From Eledone cirrhosa (lineage: Eukaryota), in NCBI GenBank assembly GCA_964016885.1, contig CAXHJY010000488.1, forward strand, positions 53,001-117,000: a stretch of 64,000 bases of DNA, given 5' to 3'. This document shows, piece by piece, positions 30,001 to 42,130 of this stretch. Position numbers and translations under genes: made by a program. The notes under the pieces are model-generated. The model was given only the letters and a program-made list of their open reading frames with translations. It had not been told where the DNA came from and did no database searches. Every line of letters begins with the position of its first letter. Positions within the stretch are counted from its first letter, which is position 1.

Positions 30001-33000
30001 TCATGTTTGATATGGCAGTCATCTTTGATATGGCAGTCATCTTTGATATGGAAGTCATGTTTGATATGGCAGTCATGTTTGATATGGCAGTCATGTTTGA
30101 TATGGCAGTCATCTTTGATATGGCAGTCATCTTTGATATGGAAGTCATGTTTGATGTGGCAGTCATGTTTGATATGGAAGTCTTCTTTGATATGGCAGTC
30201 ATGTTTGATATGGCAGTCATGTTTGATATGGCAGTCATGTTTGATATGGAAGTCATCTTTGATATGGCAGTCATGTTTGATATGGCAGTCATGTTTGATA
30301 TGGCAGTCATGTTTTATATGGCAGTCATCTTTGATATAGCAGTCATGTTTGATATGGAAGTCATGTTTGATATGGCAGTCATGTTTGATATGGAAGTCAT
30401 CTTTGATATGGCAGTCATCTTTGATATGGCAGTCATGTTTCATATGGCAGTCATGTTTGATATGGCAGTCATGTTTGATATGGCAGTCATCTTCGATATG
30501 GCAGTCATCTTTGATATGGCAGTCATGTTTGATATGGCAGTCATGTTTGATATGGAAGTCATGTTTGATATGGTAGTCATGTCTGATATGGCAGTCATCT
30601 TTGATATGGCAGTCATGTTTGATATGGCCGTCATCTTTGATATGGCAGTCATGTTTGATATGGCAGTCATGTTTGATATGGAAGTCATCTTTGATATGGC
30701 AGTCATGTTTGATATGGAAGTCATCTTTGATATGGCAGTCATCTTTGATATGGCAGTCATGTTTGATATGGCAGTCATGTTTGATATGGCAGTCATGTTT
30801 GATATGGCAGTCGTGTTTGATATGGCAGTCATGTTTGATATGGCAGTCATGTTTGATATGGCAGTCATGTTTGATATGGCAGTTATGTTTGATATGGAAG
30901 TCATCTTTGATATGGCAGTCATCTTTGATATGGCAGTCTTGTTTGATATGGCAGTCATGTTTGATATGGCAGTCATCTTTGATATGGCAGTCATCTTTGA
31001 TATGGCAGTCATCTTTGATATGGCAGTCATCTTTGATATGGCAGTCTTGTTTGATATGGCAGTCATGTTTGATATGGCAGTCATGTTTGATATGGCAGTC
31101 ATCTTTGATATGGCAGTCATCTTTGATATGGAAGTCATGTTTGATATGGCAGTCATGTTTGATATGGCAGTCATGTTTGATATGGCAGTCATCTTTGATA
31201 TGGCAGTCATCTTTGATATGGAAGTCATGTTTGATGTGGCAGTCATGTTTGATATGGAAGTCTTCTTTGATATGGCAGTCATGTTTGATATGGCAGTCAT
31301 GTTTGATATGGCAGTCATGTTTGATATGGAAGTCATCTTTGATATGGCAGTCATGTTTGATATGGCAGTCATGTTTGATATGGCAGTCATGTTTGATATG
31401 GCAGTCATCTTTGATATAGCAGTCATGTTTGATATGGAAGTCATGTTTGATATGGCAGTCATGTTTGATATGGAAGTCATCTTTGATATGGCAGTCATCT
31501 TTGATATGGCAGTCATGTTTCATATGGCAGTCATGTTTGATATGGCAGTCATGTTTGATATGGCAGTCATCTTTGATATGGCAGTCATCTTTGATATGGC
31601 AGTCATGTTTGATATGGCAGTCATGTTTGATATGGAAGTCATGTTTGATATGGTAGTCATGTCTGATATGGCAGTCATCTTTGATATGGCAGTCATGTTT
31701 GATATGGCCGTCATCTTTGATATGGCAGTCATGTTTGATATGGCAGTCATGTTTGATATGGAAGTCATCTTTGATATGGCAGTCATGTTTGATATGGAAG
31801 TCATCTTTGATATGGCAGTCATCTTTGATATGGCAGTCATGTTTGATATGGCAGTCATGTTTGATATGGCAGTCATGTTTGACATGGCAGTCGTGTTTGA
31901 TATGGCAGTCATGTTTGATATGGCAGTCATGTTTGATATGGCAGTCATGTTTGATATGGCAGTTATGTTTGATATGGAAGTCATCTTTGATATGGCAGTC
32001 ATCTTTGATATGGCAGTCTTGTTTGATATGGCAGTCATGTTTGATATGGCAGTCATCTTTGATATGGCAGTCATCTTTGATATGGCAGTCATCTTTGATA
32101 TGGCAGTCATCTTTGATATGGCAGTCATGTTTGATCCGGAAGTCATGTTTGATATGGCAGTCATGTCTGATATGGCAGTCATCTTTGATATGGCAGTCAT
32201 GTTTGATATGGAATCATCTTTGATATGGCAGTCATCTTTGATATGGCAGTCATGTTTGATATGGCAGTCATGTTTGATATGGCAGTCATCTTTGAATTGG
32301 CAGTCATCTTTGATATGGCAGTCATCTTTGATATGGAAGTCATCTTTCATATGGCAGTCATGTTTGATATGGCAGTCATGTTTGATATGGCAGTCATCTT
32401 TTATATGGCAGTCGTGTTTGATATGGAAGTCATGTTTGATATGGCAGTCATCTTTGATATGGCAGTCATGTTTGATATGGCAGTCATCTTTGATATGGCA
32501 GTCATGTTTGATATGGCAGTCATGTTTGATATGGCAGTCATGTTTGATATGGAAGTCATCTTTGATATGGCAGTCATCTTTGATATGGAAGTCATGTTTG
32601 ATATGGCAGTCATGTTTGATATGGCAGTCATCTTTGATATGGCAGTCATGTTTCATATGGCAGTCATGTTTGATATGGCAGTCATGTTTGATATGGCAGT
32701 CATGTTTGATATGGCAGTCATGTTTGATATGGCAGTCATGTTTGATATGGCAGTCATGTTTGATATGGCAGTCATGTTTGATATGGCAGTTATGTTTGAT
32801 ATGGAAGTCATCTTTGATATGGCAGTCATCTTTGATATGGCAGTCTTGTTTGATATGGCAGTCATGTTTGATATGGCAGTCATCTTTGATATGGCAGTCA
32901 TCTTTGATATGGCAGTCATCTTTGATATGGAAGTCATCTTTGATATGGCAGTCATGTTTGATATGGCAGTCATGTTTGATATGGCAGTCATCTTTGATAT

Positions 33001-36000
33001 GGAAGTCATCTTTGATATGGCAGTCATCTTTGATATGGCAGTCATCTTTGATATGGCAGTCTTGTTTGATATGGCAGTCATCTTTGATATGGCAGTCATC
33101 TTTGATATGGCAGTCATCTTTGATATGGCAGTCATCTTTGATATGGCAGTCATCTTTGATATGGCAGTCATGTTTGATACGGAAGTCATGTTTGATATGG
33201 CAGTCATGTCTGATATGGCAGTCATCTTTGATATGGCAGTCATGTTTGATATGGAATCATCTTTGATATGGCAGTCATCTTTGATATGGCCGTCATGTTT
33301 GATATGGCAGTCATGTTTGATATGGCAGTCATCTTTGATATGGCAGTCATCTTTGATATGGCAGTCATCTTTGATATGGAAGTCATCTTTCATATGGCAG
33401 TCATGTTTGATATGGCAGTCATGTTTGATATGGCAGTCATCTTTTATATGGCAGTCATGTTTGATATGGAAGTCATGTTTGATATGGCAGTCATCTTTGA
33501 TATGGCAGTCATGTTTGATATGGCAGTCATCTTTGATATGGCAGTCATGTTTGATATGGCAGTCATGTTTGATATGGCAGTCATGTTTGATATGGAAGTC
33601 ATCTTTGATATGGCAGTCATCTTTGATATGGAATTCATGTTTGATATGGCAGTCATGTTTGATATGGCAGTCATCTTTGATATGGCAGTCATGTTTGATA
33701 TGGCAGTCATGTTTGATATGGCAGTAATGTTTGATATGGCAGTCATGTTTGATATGGCAGTCATGTTTGATATGGCAGTCATGTTTGATATGGCAGTCAT
33801 GTTTGATATGGCAGTTATGTTTGATATGGAAGTCATCTTTGATATGGCAGTCATCTTTGATATGGCAGTCTTGTTTGATATGGCAGTCATGTTTGATATG
33901 GCAGTCATCTTTGATATGGCAGTCATCTTTGATATGGCAGTCATCTTTGATATGGAAGTCATCTTTGATATGGCAGTCATGTTTGATATGGCAGTCATAT
34001 TTGATATGGCAGTCATCTTTGATATGGCAGTCATCTTTGATATGGAAGTCATGTTTGATATGGCAGTCATGTTTGATATGGAAGTCATCTTTGATATGGC
34101 AGTCATGTTTGATATGGCAGTCATGTTTGATATGGCAGTCATGTTTGATATGGAAGTCATCTTTGATATGGCAGTCATCTTTGATATGGCAGTCATGTTT
34201 GATATGGCAGTCATCTTTGATATGGCAGTCATGTTTGATATGGCAGTCATGTTTGATATGGCAGTCATGTTTGATATGGAAGTCATCTTTGATATGGCAG
34301 TCATCTTTGATATGGAAGTCATGTTTGATATGGCAGTCATGTTTGATATGGCAGTCATCTTTGATATGGCAGTCATGTTTCATATGGCAGTCATGTTTGA
34401 TATGGCAGTCATGTTTGATATGGCAGTCATGTTTGATATGGCAGTCATGTTTGATATGGCAGTCATGTTTGATATGGCAGTCATGTTTGATATGGCAGTC
34501 ATGTTTGATATGGCAGTTATGTTTGATATGGAAGTCATCTTTGATATGGCAGTCATCTTTGATATGGCAGTCTTGTTTGATATGGCAGTCATGTTTGATA
34601 TGGCAGTCATCTTTGATATGGCAGTCATCTTTGATATGGCAGTCATCTTTGATATGGAAGTCATCTTTGATATGGCAGGCATGTTTGATATGGCAGTCAT
34701 GTTTGATATGGCAGTCATCTTTGATATGGAAGTCATCTTTGATATGGCAGTCATCTTTGATATGGCAGTCATCTTTGATATGGCAGTCTTGTTTGATATG
34801 GCAGTCATCTTTGATATGGCAGTCATCTTTGATATGGCAGTCATCTTTGATATGGCAGTCATCTTTGATATGGCAGTCATGTTTGATACGGAAGTCATGT
34901 TTGATATGGCAGTCATGTCTGATATGGCAGTCATCTTTGATATGGCAGTCATGTTTGATATGGAATCATCTTTGATATGGCAGTCATCTTTGATATGGCA
35001 GTCATGTTTGATATGGCAGTCATGTTTGATATGGCAGTCATCTTTGATATGGCAGTCATCTTTGATATGGCAGTCATCTTTGATATGGAAGTCATCTTTC
35101 ATATGGCAGTCATGTTTGATATGGCAGTCATGTTTGATATGGCAGTCATCTTTTATATGGCAGTCATGTTTGATATGGAAGTCATGTTTGATATGGCAGT
35201 CATCTTTGATATGGCAGTCATGTTTGATATGGCAGTCATCTTTGATATGGCAGTCATGTTTGATATGGCAGTCATGTTTGATATGGCAGTCATGTTTGAT
35301 ATGGAAGTCATCTTTGATATGGCAGTCATCTTTGATATGGAATTCATGTTTGATATGGCAGTCATGTTTGATATGGCAGTCATGTTTGATATGGCAGTCA
35401 TGTTTGATATGGCAGTCATGTTTGATATGGCAGTCATGTTTGATATGGCAGTCATGTTTGATATGGCAGTCATGTTTGATATGGCAGTCATGTTTGATAT
35501 GGCAGTCATGTTTGATATGGCAGTTATGTTTGATATGGAAGTCATCTTTGATATGGCAGTCATCTTTGATATGGCAGTCTTGTTTGATATGGCAGTCATG
35601 TTTGATATGGCAGTCATCTTTGATATGGCAGTCATCTTTGATATGGCAGTCATCTTTGATATGGAAGTCATCTTTGATATGGCAGTCATGTTTGATATGG
35701 CAGTCATATTTGATATGGCAGTCATCTTTGATATGGCAGTCATCTTTGATATGGAAGTCATGTTTGATATGGCAGTCATGTTTGATATGGAAGTCATCTT
35801 TGATATGGCAGTCATGTTTGATATGGCAGTCATGTTTGATATGGCAGTCATGTTTGATATGGAAGTCATCTTTGATATGGCAGTCATCTTTGATATGGCA
35901 GTCATCTTTGATATGGCAGTCATGTTTGATATGGCAGTCATGTTTGATATAGCAGTCATCTTTGATATGGCAGTCATCTTTGATATAGCAGTCATGTTTG

Positions 36001-38251
36001 ATATGGAAGTCATGTTTGATATGGCAGTCATGTTTGATATGGAAGTCATCTTTGATATGGCAGTCATCTTTGATATGGCAGTCATGTTTGATATGGCAGT
36101 CATGTTTGATATGGCAGTCATGTTTGATATGGCAGTCATCTTTGATATGGCAGTCATCTTTGATATGGCAGTCATGTTTGATATGGCAGTCATGTTTGAT
36201 ATGGCAGTCATGTCTGATATGGCAGTCATCTTTGATATGGCAGTCATGTTTGATATGGCAGTCATCTTTGATATGGCAGTCATGTTTGATATGGCAGTCA
36301 TGTTTGATATGGCAGTCATGTTTGATATGGCAGTCATCTTTGATATGGCAGTCATCTTTGATATGGCAGTCATGTTTGATATGGCAGTCATGTTTGATAT
36401 GGAAGTCATGTTTGATATGGCATGCATGTTTGATATGGCAGTCATCTTTGATATGGCAGTCATCTTTGATATGGCAGTCATGTTGGATATGGCTGTCATG
36501 TTTGATATGGCAGTCATGTTTGATATGGAAGTCATCTTTGATATGGCAGTCATCTTTGATATGGCTGTCATGTTTGATATGGCAGTCATGTTTGATATGG
36601 AAGTCATGTTTGATATGGCATGCATGTTTGATATGGCAGTCATGTTTGATATGGCAGTCATCTTTGATATGGCAGTCATGTTTGATATGGCAGTCATGTT
36701 TGATATGGCAGTCATGTTTGATATGGAAGTCATGTTTGATATGGCAGTCATGTCTGATATGGCAGTCATCTTTGATATGGCAGTCATGTTTGATATGGCA
36801 GTCATCTTTGATATGGCAGTCATGTTTGATATGGCAGTCATGTTTGATATGGCACACATCTTCGATATGGCAGTCATCTTTGATATGGAAGTCATCTTTG
36901 ATATGGCAGTCATCTTTGATATGGCAGTCATGTTTGATATGGCAGTCATCTTTGATATGGCAGTCATCTTTGATATGGAAGTCATCTTTGATATGGAAGT
37001 CATCTTTCATATGGAAGTCATCTTTGATATGGCAGTCATGTTTGATATGGCAGTCATGTTTGATATGGCAGTCATCTTTGATATGGCAGTCATCTTTGAT
37101 ATGGCAGTCATGTTGGATATGGCAGTCATGTTTGATATGGCAGTCATGTTTGATATGGCAGTCATGTTTGATATGGAAGTCATGTTTGATATGGCAGTCA
37201 TGTTTGATATGGCAGTCATCTTTGATATGGCAGTCATCTTTGATATGGCAGTCATGTTGGATATGGCAGTCATGTTTGATATGGCAGTCATGTTTGATAT
37301 GGCAGTCATGTTTGATATGGAAGTCATCTTTGATATGGCAGTCATGTTTGATATGGCAGTCATGTTTGATATGGCAGTCATCTTTGATATGGCAGTCATC
37401 TTTGATATGGCAGTCATCTTTGATATGGAAGTCATCTTTCATATGGCAGTCATGTTTGATATGGCAGTCATGTTTGATATGGCAGTCATCTTTGATATGG
37501 CAGTCATGTTTGATATGGAAGTCATGTTTGATATGGCAGTCATGTTTAATATGGCAGTCATTTTTGATATGGAAGTCATGTTTGATATGGCAGTAATGTT
37601 TGATATGGCAGTCATCTTTGATATGGCAGTCATCTTTGATATGGCAGTCATGTTTGATATGGCAGTCATCTTTGATATGGCAGTCATGTTTGATATGGCA
37701 ATCATCTTTGATATGGCAGTCATGTTTGATCTGGCAGTCATCTTTGATATGGCAGTCATGTTTGATATGGCAGTCATGTTTGATATGGCAGTCATGTTTG
37801 ATATGGAAGTCATCTTTGATATGGCAGTCATCTTTGATATGGAAGTCATGTTTGATATGGCAGTCATGTTTGATATGGAAGTCATGTTTGATATGGCAGT
37901 CATGTTTGATATGGCAGTCATCTTTCATATGGAAGTCATCTTTGATATGGCAGTCATCTTTGATATGGCAGTCATGTTTGATATGGCAGTCATCTTTAAC
38001 ATGGCACACATCTTTGATATGGCAGTCATCTTTGATATGGAAGTCATCTTTGATATGGCAGTCATCTTTGATATGGCAGTCATGTTTGATATGGCAGTCA
38101 TCTTTGATATGGCAGTCATCTTTGATATGGAAGTCATCTTTGATATGGAAGTCATCTTTCATATGGAAGTCATCTTTGATATGGCAGTCATGTTTGATAT
38201 GGCAGTCATGTTTGATATGGCAGTCATCTTTGATATGGCAGTCATCTTTGA
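1..38251. repeat. 18-bp tandem satellite/giant minisatellite, consensus GATATGGCAGTCAT[G/C]TTT, about 2,125 units, truncated by the left window edge
   Basis: Directly visible 18-bp period. Unit starts at 18 and 38232 are 38,214 bp apart, which equals 2,124 units minus 18 single-base deletions (the deletions match the frame switches in the ORF track). Sharp right end at ...GTCATCTTTGA|AAAAGG. Confidence 0.99.
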
Positions 38252-38304
38252 AAAAGGTTTCGATATCTCGTTGCGTGCATGAAGTGGCATTTCTTGTGAA
38301 AAAA

Positions 38305-38442
38305 AACAAACAAAAGACAGATACACAATCACAAACACACACACGCACACACACACACACACACACACCCATACACACACAAACACACAGGCATATAGAC
38401 ATACACACATACACACAAACACACAACAAACAAACAAACAAA
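38305..38442. repeat. (CA)n/(CAAA)n low-complexity tract
   Basis: Directly visible. Confidence 0.9.
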
Positions 38443-38790
38443 TGCAGATAACAACGAGAGAAAGAAAGAAGCTAGAAAGCGAGACTTCTTTGCATGAGTG
38501 ATAATTTATGCAATATATAAATCCAGGTATTTAAAAGGTCGTCGCCACCATCAAAGTGAAATAACTATGGAGCTGTAATAGATTCGAAAGTAACAGAAAA
38601 CGAATGACAGACAGATAGATGGACAGACGAGAAAGATAAAATAGAGGGAAGATATGTGTCAAGATTTGGTTTAATATGTTAACATGGAGGAGTGTTTGAA
38701 TATCAATAAAGTTCTGCTAGTGTTACATAATTCTTCTGAAAATTCTTCAGCGTTAATCTGGTTTGAAATAAACTTATACTACTACTACTA

Positions 38791-39030
38791 GTGAAGGCAC
38801 ATGGTTTAGTGGTTAGAGCATTGGGCTTGCAATCGAAAGGTTGTGAGTTCAATTCTCGGACCGGATGATGTGTTGTTTCCTTGAGCAAGACACTTTATTT
38901 CACATTGCTCCAGTTTACTCAGCTGTAGAAATGAGATGATAGGACTGGGGTTCCTATCATTAAATTACCCAAGACACTTCTAACGAGATATACCTTGGAG
39001 GAGGCCAGCTAAACCTGCATAGGTACGTGC
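38791..39030 (+). mobile_element. tRNA-derived SINE, family A
   Basis: Pol III A box (TGGTTTAGTGG), B-box-like GAGTTCAATTC and CORE-like CCTTGAGCAAGACACTTTA. Near-identical copies at 40317 and 47420. Followed by (TAC)n(TTC)n. Confidence 0.9.
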
Positions 39031-39034
39031 TGTC

Positions 39035-39050
39035 TTCTCTCTCTCTCTTT

Positions 39051-39106
<56 letters not shown>

Positions 39107-39129
39107 TCTTCTTCTTCTTCTTCTTCTTC
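39035..39129. repeat. (CT)n-(TAC)n-(TTC)n compound microsatellite
   Basis: Directly visible. Confidence 0.95.
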
Positions 39130-39435
39130 GCCAACATATTCCTGAGAGGGTCGTAGAAGCAGAGTCCTCAAACACTCCTTCCAACTGGTCATGTCTTCAG
39201 AGAAGTAGCGGCTCTAACTGGAATGACGCCCTGATCTCCGAGCTATGCACTCTATCGAGTAAAGTTACTCCAAAAACCCTTCAGAGGAACCCTATTTCGG
39301 CCACTTGTAATCTAGGATATAATTACATAAAAATAGTTGTGCAGTATCTAATAAAAACAATACACACTATTAAAGGGAGCAAAAAAGGAAGAAATAAGAA
39401 GTAAATGAAAAGAAAAAAAAGGATTAAGCAATGAA

Positions 39436-39454
39436 AGAGAAAGAGAGAGAGAGA

Positions 39455-39508
<54 letters not shown>

Positions 39509-39512
39509 GAGA
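39436..39512. repeat. (GA)n microsatellite
   Basis: Directly visible. Confidence 0.95.
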
Positions 39513-39867
39513 AGGGACAGGCACTCTAGTCTGAGCGGTGCCTTTATTCGGCGACAGATACCATTCTGTCCGCTGGTACTACGAGGCGGCCAACGCCAGA
39601 GACAACTACCCCCGCCCCGAAACACTGTCGGGGTCTGTACAATTGAGCTAGCGATATCTGAGCACACCTTTGGGATTTAAGACAACTTTGACACAGATGC
39701 GTGATGTTTGAATTCTTCATCTAAAGAGAGAAAAAAGACATTTTGTTTTAAAACATTTTTTTTCCATTCTTTGTAGTTAGTAACATTTTAACAATAGCTA
39801 AGTGAAAAAATCTGTTGACTACTAAACACACACACACACACACACACATACATACATGACTACATTA

Positions 39868-40024
39868 TATATGCTTTGACGCATAGAGTTACGGCCCTTG
39901 CCATTCTGAGTTCAAATCCCGCCGAGTTTAACTTTGCCTTTCATCCTTACGTGGTCTATAAAATAAAGTACCAGTAATACACTGGGTAATTGCGGGCCTT
40001 GTGCCAAAAGTAGAAACAATTATT
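39868..40024 (+). mobile_element. tRNA-derived SINE, family B (5'-truncated)
   Basis: GAGTTCAAATCCC B box, GCCTTTCATCCTTAC...AAATAAAGTACCAG body and GGCCTTGTGCC...GTAGAAACAATTATT tail, shared with about 8 other copies in the window. Confidence 0.88.
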
Positions 40025-40316
40025 ACTGTAAATATCACTGTGCCTGCTATACAAGCTGGTGCCAAGCTGTATCGGCCATTACCTTTCCCTTGGACAACAT
40101 CAGTGGCATAGAGAGAGAAGACTGGTATACATGGGTAACTGTTGGACTTCTACAAACAACCTTGTCCGAACTTGGGCCTCGGAGGGGAAATTTCGACGTG
40201 CAAAACCATGGTCAGTCGTGACCGAAGGGAGTTTGCGGTATTCTATTGGATATTTATTTTATCCGTGCCAAAGAGATGAAAGCCAATTTCGATGAGATGC
40301 AAAATTCTATATACGT

Positions 40317-40576
40317 GTGAAGGCGCATGGCTTAGTGGTTAGAGCATTGGGCTTGCAATCGAAAGGTTGTGAGTTCAATTCTCGGACCAGGTGATGTGTT
40401 GTTTCATTGAGCAAGACACTTTATTTTACGTTGCTCCAGTTTACTCAGCTGTAGAAATGGGATGATAGGACTGGGGTCCCTATCATTAAATCACCCAAGA
40501 CACCTCCAACGAGATATACCTTGGAGGAGGCCAGCTAAACCTGCATAGGTGTGAGCTGTAACAAGACAAGAAGAAG
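40317..40576 (+). mobile_element. tRNA-derived SINE, family A, full length
   Basis: Homologous to 38791 and 47420. Flanked by ATACGT at 40311-40316 and 40577-40582 (possible TSD). Confidence 0.92.
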
Positions 40577-40625
40577 ATACGTCTCTACTAATCCTAAGAT
40601 CTGGCTGAATGGTTAGACAAAACTG

Positions 40626-40660
40626 TGCTGATGAGGTCTGATATGATTGGAACATGTACA
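40626..40660 (+). ncRNA. degenerate minimal hammerhead-ribozyme-like motif
   Basis: CTGATGA, weak stem II GGTC/GATT, GGAA instead of GAAA, palindromic stem III ACATGT, triplet GTA, only a 2-bp stem I. Confidence 0.4.
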
Positions 40661-40734
40661 ACCATGAATAAGAAGCATGTTACTACACCATCGTATTCCA
40701 TTCGAAATTAAACTTGATTCAAATTCCAGGTATT

Positions 40735-41020
40735 AAACGACTAAGAGTACAAGACTCCTACTTGGACAGGACACCAGTCCACCGCAAGGTTAAACTCCCC
40801 AGCTACTACTGGTACTCATTTTCAGCTGAGTATACTGGAGCAACGTGAAATGAAGTGTGTTGCTTAAGAACACAAGATACAACCCAATCCATGAATCGAA
40901 CCCCCAAATCATAAATCCTGCACCCTTACCACTAGGCTATGTGTCACCCAGTTAGGGAATCGAACCCACGACAATATGATCGTAAGTCCAACACCCTTAC
41001 CACTAGACAACGTACCTTCA
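40735..41020 (-). mobile_element. tRNA-derived SINE related to family A, with partly duplicated head
   Basis: Reverse complement carries TGAAGG..CGT.GTCTAGTGGTAAGG head, GGTTCGATTC B box (twice) and the CACGTTGCTCCAGT..ACTCAGCTG..AATGAG body of family A, but a different tail. Confidence 0.75.
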
Positions 41021-41042
41021 ATATTATGAGTTAAGTAATAAT

Positions 41043-41226
41043 TGTTTCTACTTTTTGGCACAGGGCCAGCAATTATCCCAGTGCATTACTGGTACTTTAT
41101 TTTATCGACCCCGTAAGGATGAAAGGCAAAGTCAACCTCAGTAGGATTTGAACTCAGACCATCAAGGGCTGTAACTCTTTGCTGCAAAGCATGGCGTCCG
41201 ACCCTCTACCGATACTGCCAATCCAC
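41043..41226 (-). mobile_element. SINE family B
   Basis: Reverse complement matches 63410-63590. Imperfect 20-bp flanking direct repeat ATTATGAGTTAAGTAATAAT (41023-41042) / ATTATGAATGAAGTAATAAT (41231-41250). Confidence 0.9.
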
Positions 41227-41284
41227 CGCGATTATGAATGAAGTAATAATATATTTTCCTCAGATAATTTATATTCCTTCGTTC

Positions 41285-41420
41285 ACCATAGACGCTGAGC
41301 TGGCCAGCTGCAGGTGTGAGCCTCGCGAACTGGAATGGCTTTTCCAGCGCGTCTCCCATGCCGTCCTCCGGGGAAACACCTTCTCTATTCTGTCCGCCGG
41401 AGCTGTGGGGAGGCTACCAA
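41285..41420 (+). mobile_element. 3' coding fragment of a CRE-like (RLE-endonuclease) non-LTR retrotransposon
   Basis: Translates EPRELEWLFQRVSHAVLRGNTFSIL, matching from recall the C-terminal xPRExxFLFQRLSxAxQRGNAxxIL motif of CRE-clade elements. A related copy lies at 63247-63330 (-). Confidence 0.65.
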
Positions 41421-41607
41421 TATGAGTGATTGACTTGTCATTTGATCAGTCAGATGTTTCTAGACCCGTTGTGTTATTACTAATAATTTAATTATTTGGG
41501 ATCCTAGAGTAGTTATAGATTTATAATGTAAACAATATTTTCCGTAAAATACAAGAAATATAACTGTCATCAGTTCATATTCTGATATCGGATAAACAAT
41601 AATAATA

Positions 41608-41792
41608 ATTGTTTCTACTTTTGGCACAAGGCCAGCAATCATCCCAGTACATTACTGGTACTTTATTTTATCGACCCCGTAAGGATGAAAGGCAAAGTTA
41701 ACCTCGGCGGGATTTGAACTCAGATCATAAAGGGAGGTAACTCTATGCTTCAAAGCATAGCGCTCGACCCACTACCAATACTGCCAATCCAC
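41608..41792 (-). mobile_element. SINE family B
   Basis: Homologous to the other family B copies; (AAT)n tail. Confidence 0.9.
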
Positions 41793-41906
41793 AGCATTGA
41801 TCAGCCAGTGACACATCAATGAACTGAAACAGCAGGAATATTTTTTTTATTTCTTCAAGTTTTCTTTTCTGTTCAACTAATAGCTGCCTGATGAGTTCAT
41901 AAGTTT

Positions 41907-41977
<71 letters not shown>

Positions 41978-41978
<1 letters not shown>

Positions 41979-42130
41979 GTGAAAAATGGAACGGGAACAA
42001 AACAGAAAGGCAGTACGAACAAAGGTTTATTAGTTTCGCGCTCTTGAGAGTGATGGGTGGGGGTGGGGTGGAGTGTGTGTGTGTGGGGGGGGGGGGGGGC
42101 GTTTTGGCCATAAGCCCTTCTTCAGGCGAA
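41978..42130 (-). mobile_element. (TA)n-embedded interspersed repeat end with decayed hammerhead-like motif (probable Penelope-like terminus)
   Basis: 41978-42060 recurs inverted at 49245-49329. The minus strand reads CTGAAGAAGGGCTTATGGCCAAAACG at 42100-42125. Confidence 0.55.

Noticed and set aside
1-38251. CRISPR-like or diversity-generating array
   Set aside because: No unique spacers and no cas or RT genes; the context is eukaryotic. The same applies to the 34-bp array.
21-38282. Giant plus-strand ORFs (DMAV[M/I]F)n up to 2,984 aa, and the (IWQSSL)n and (MTAISK)n frames
   Set aside because: The unit is a multiple of 3 and no consensus codon in the DMAVxF frame is one substitution from a stop, so long ORFs are expected without selection. 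Four of six frames are open, the main variant is non-synonymous, and 18 frameshifting deletions were amplified freely.
38791-38865. tRNA genes at SINE heads
   Set aside because: The A/B boxes continue into shared bodies and tails with TSDs, so these are SINEs rather than tRNA genes.
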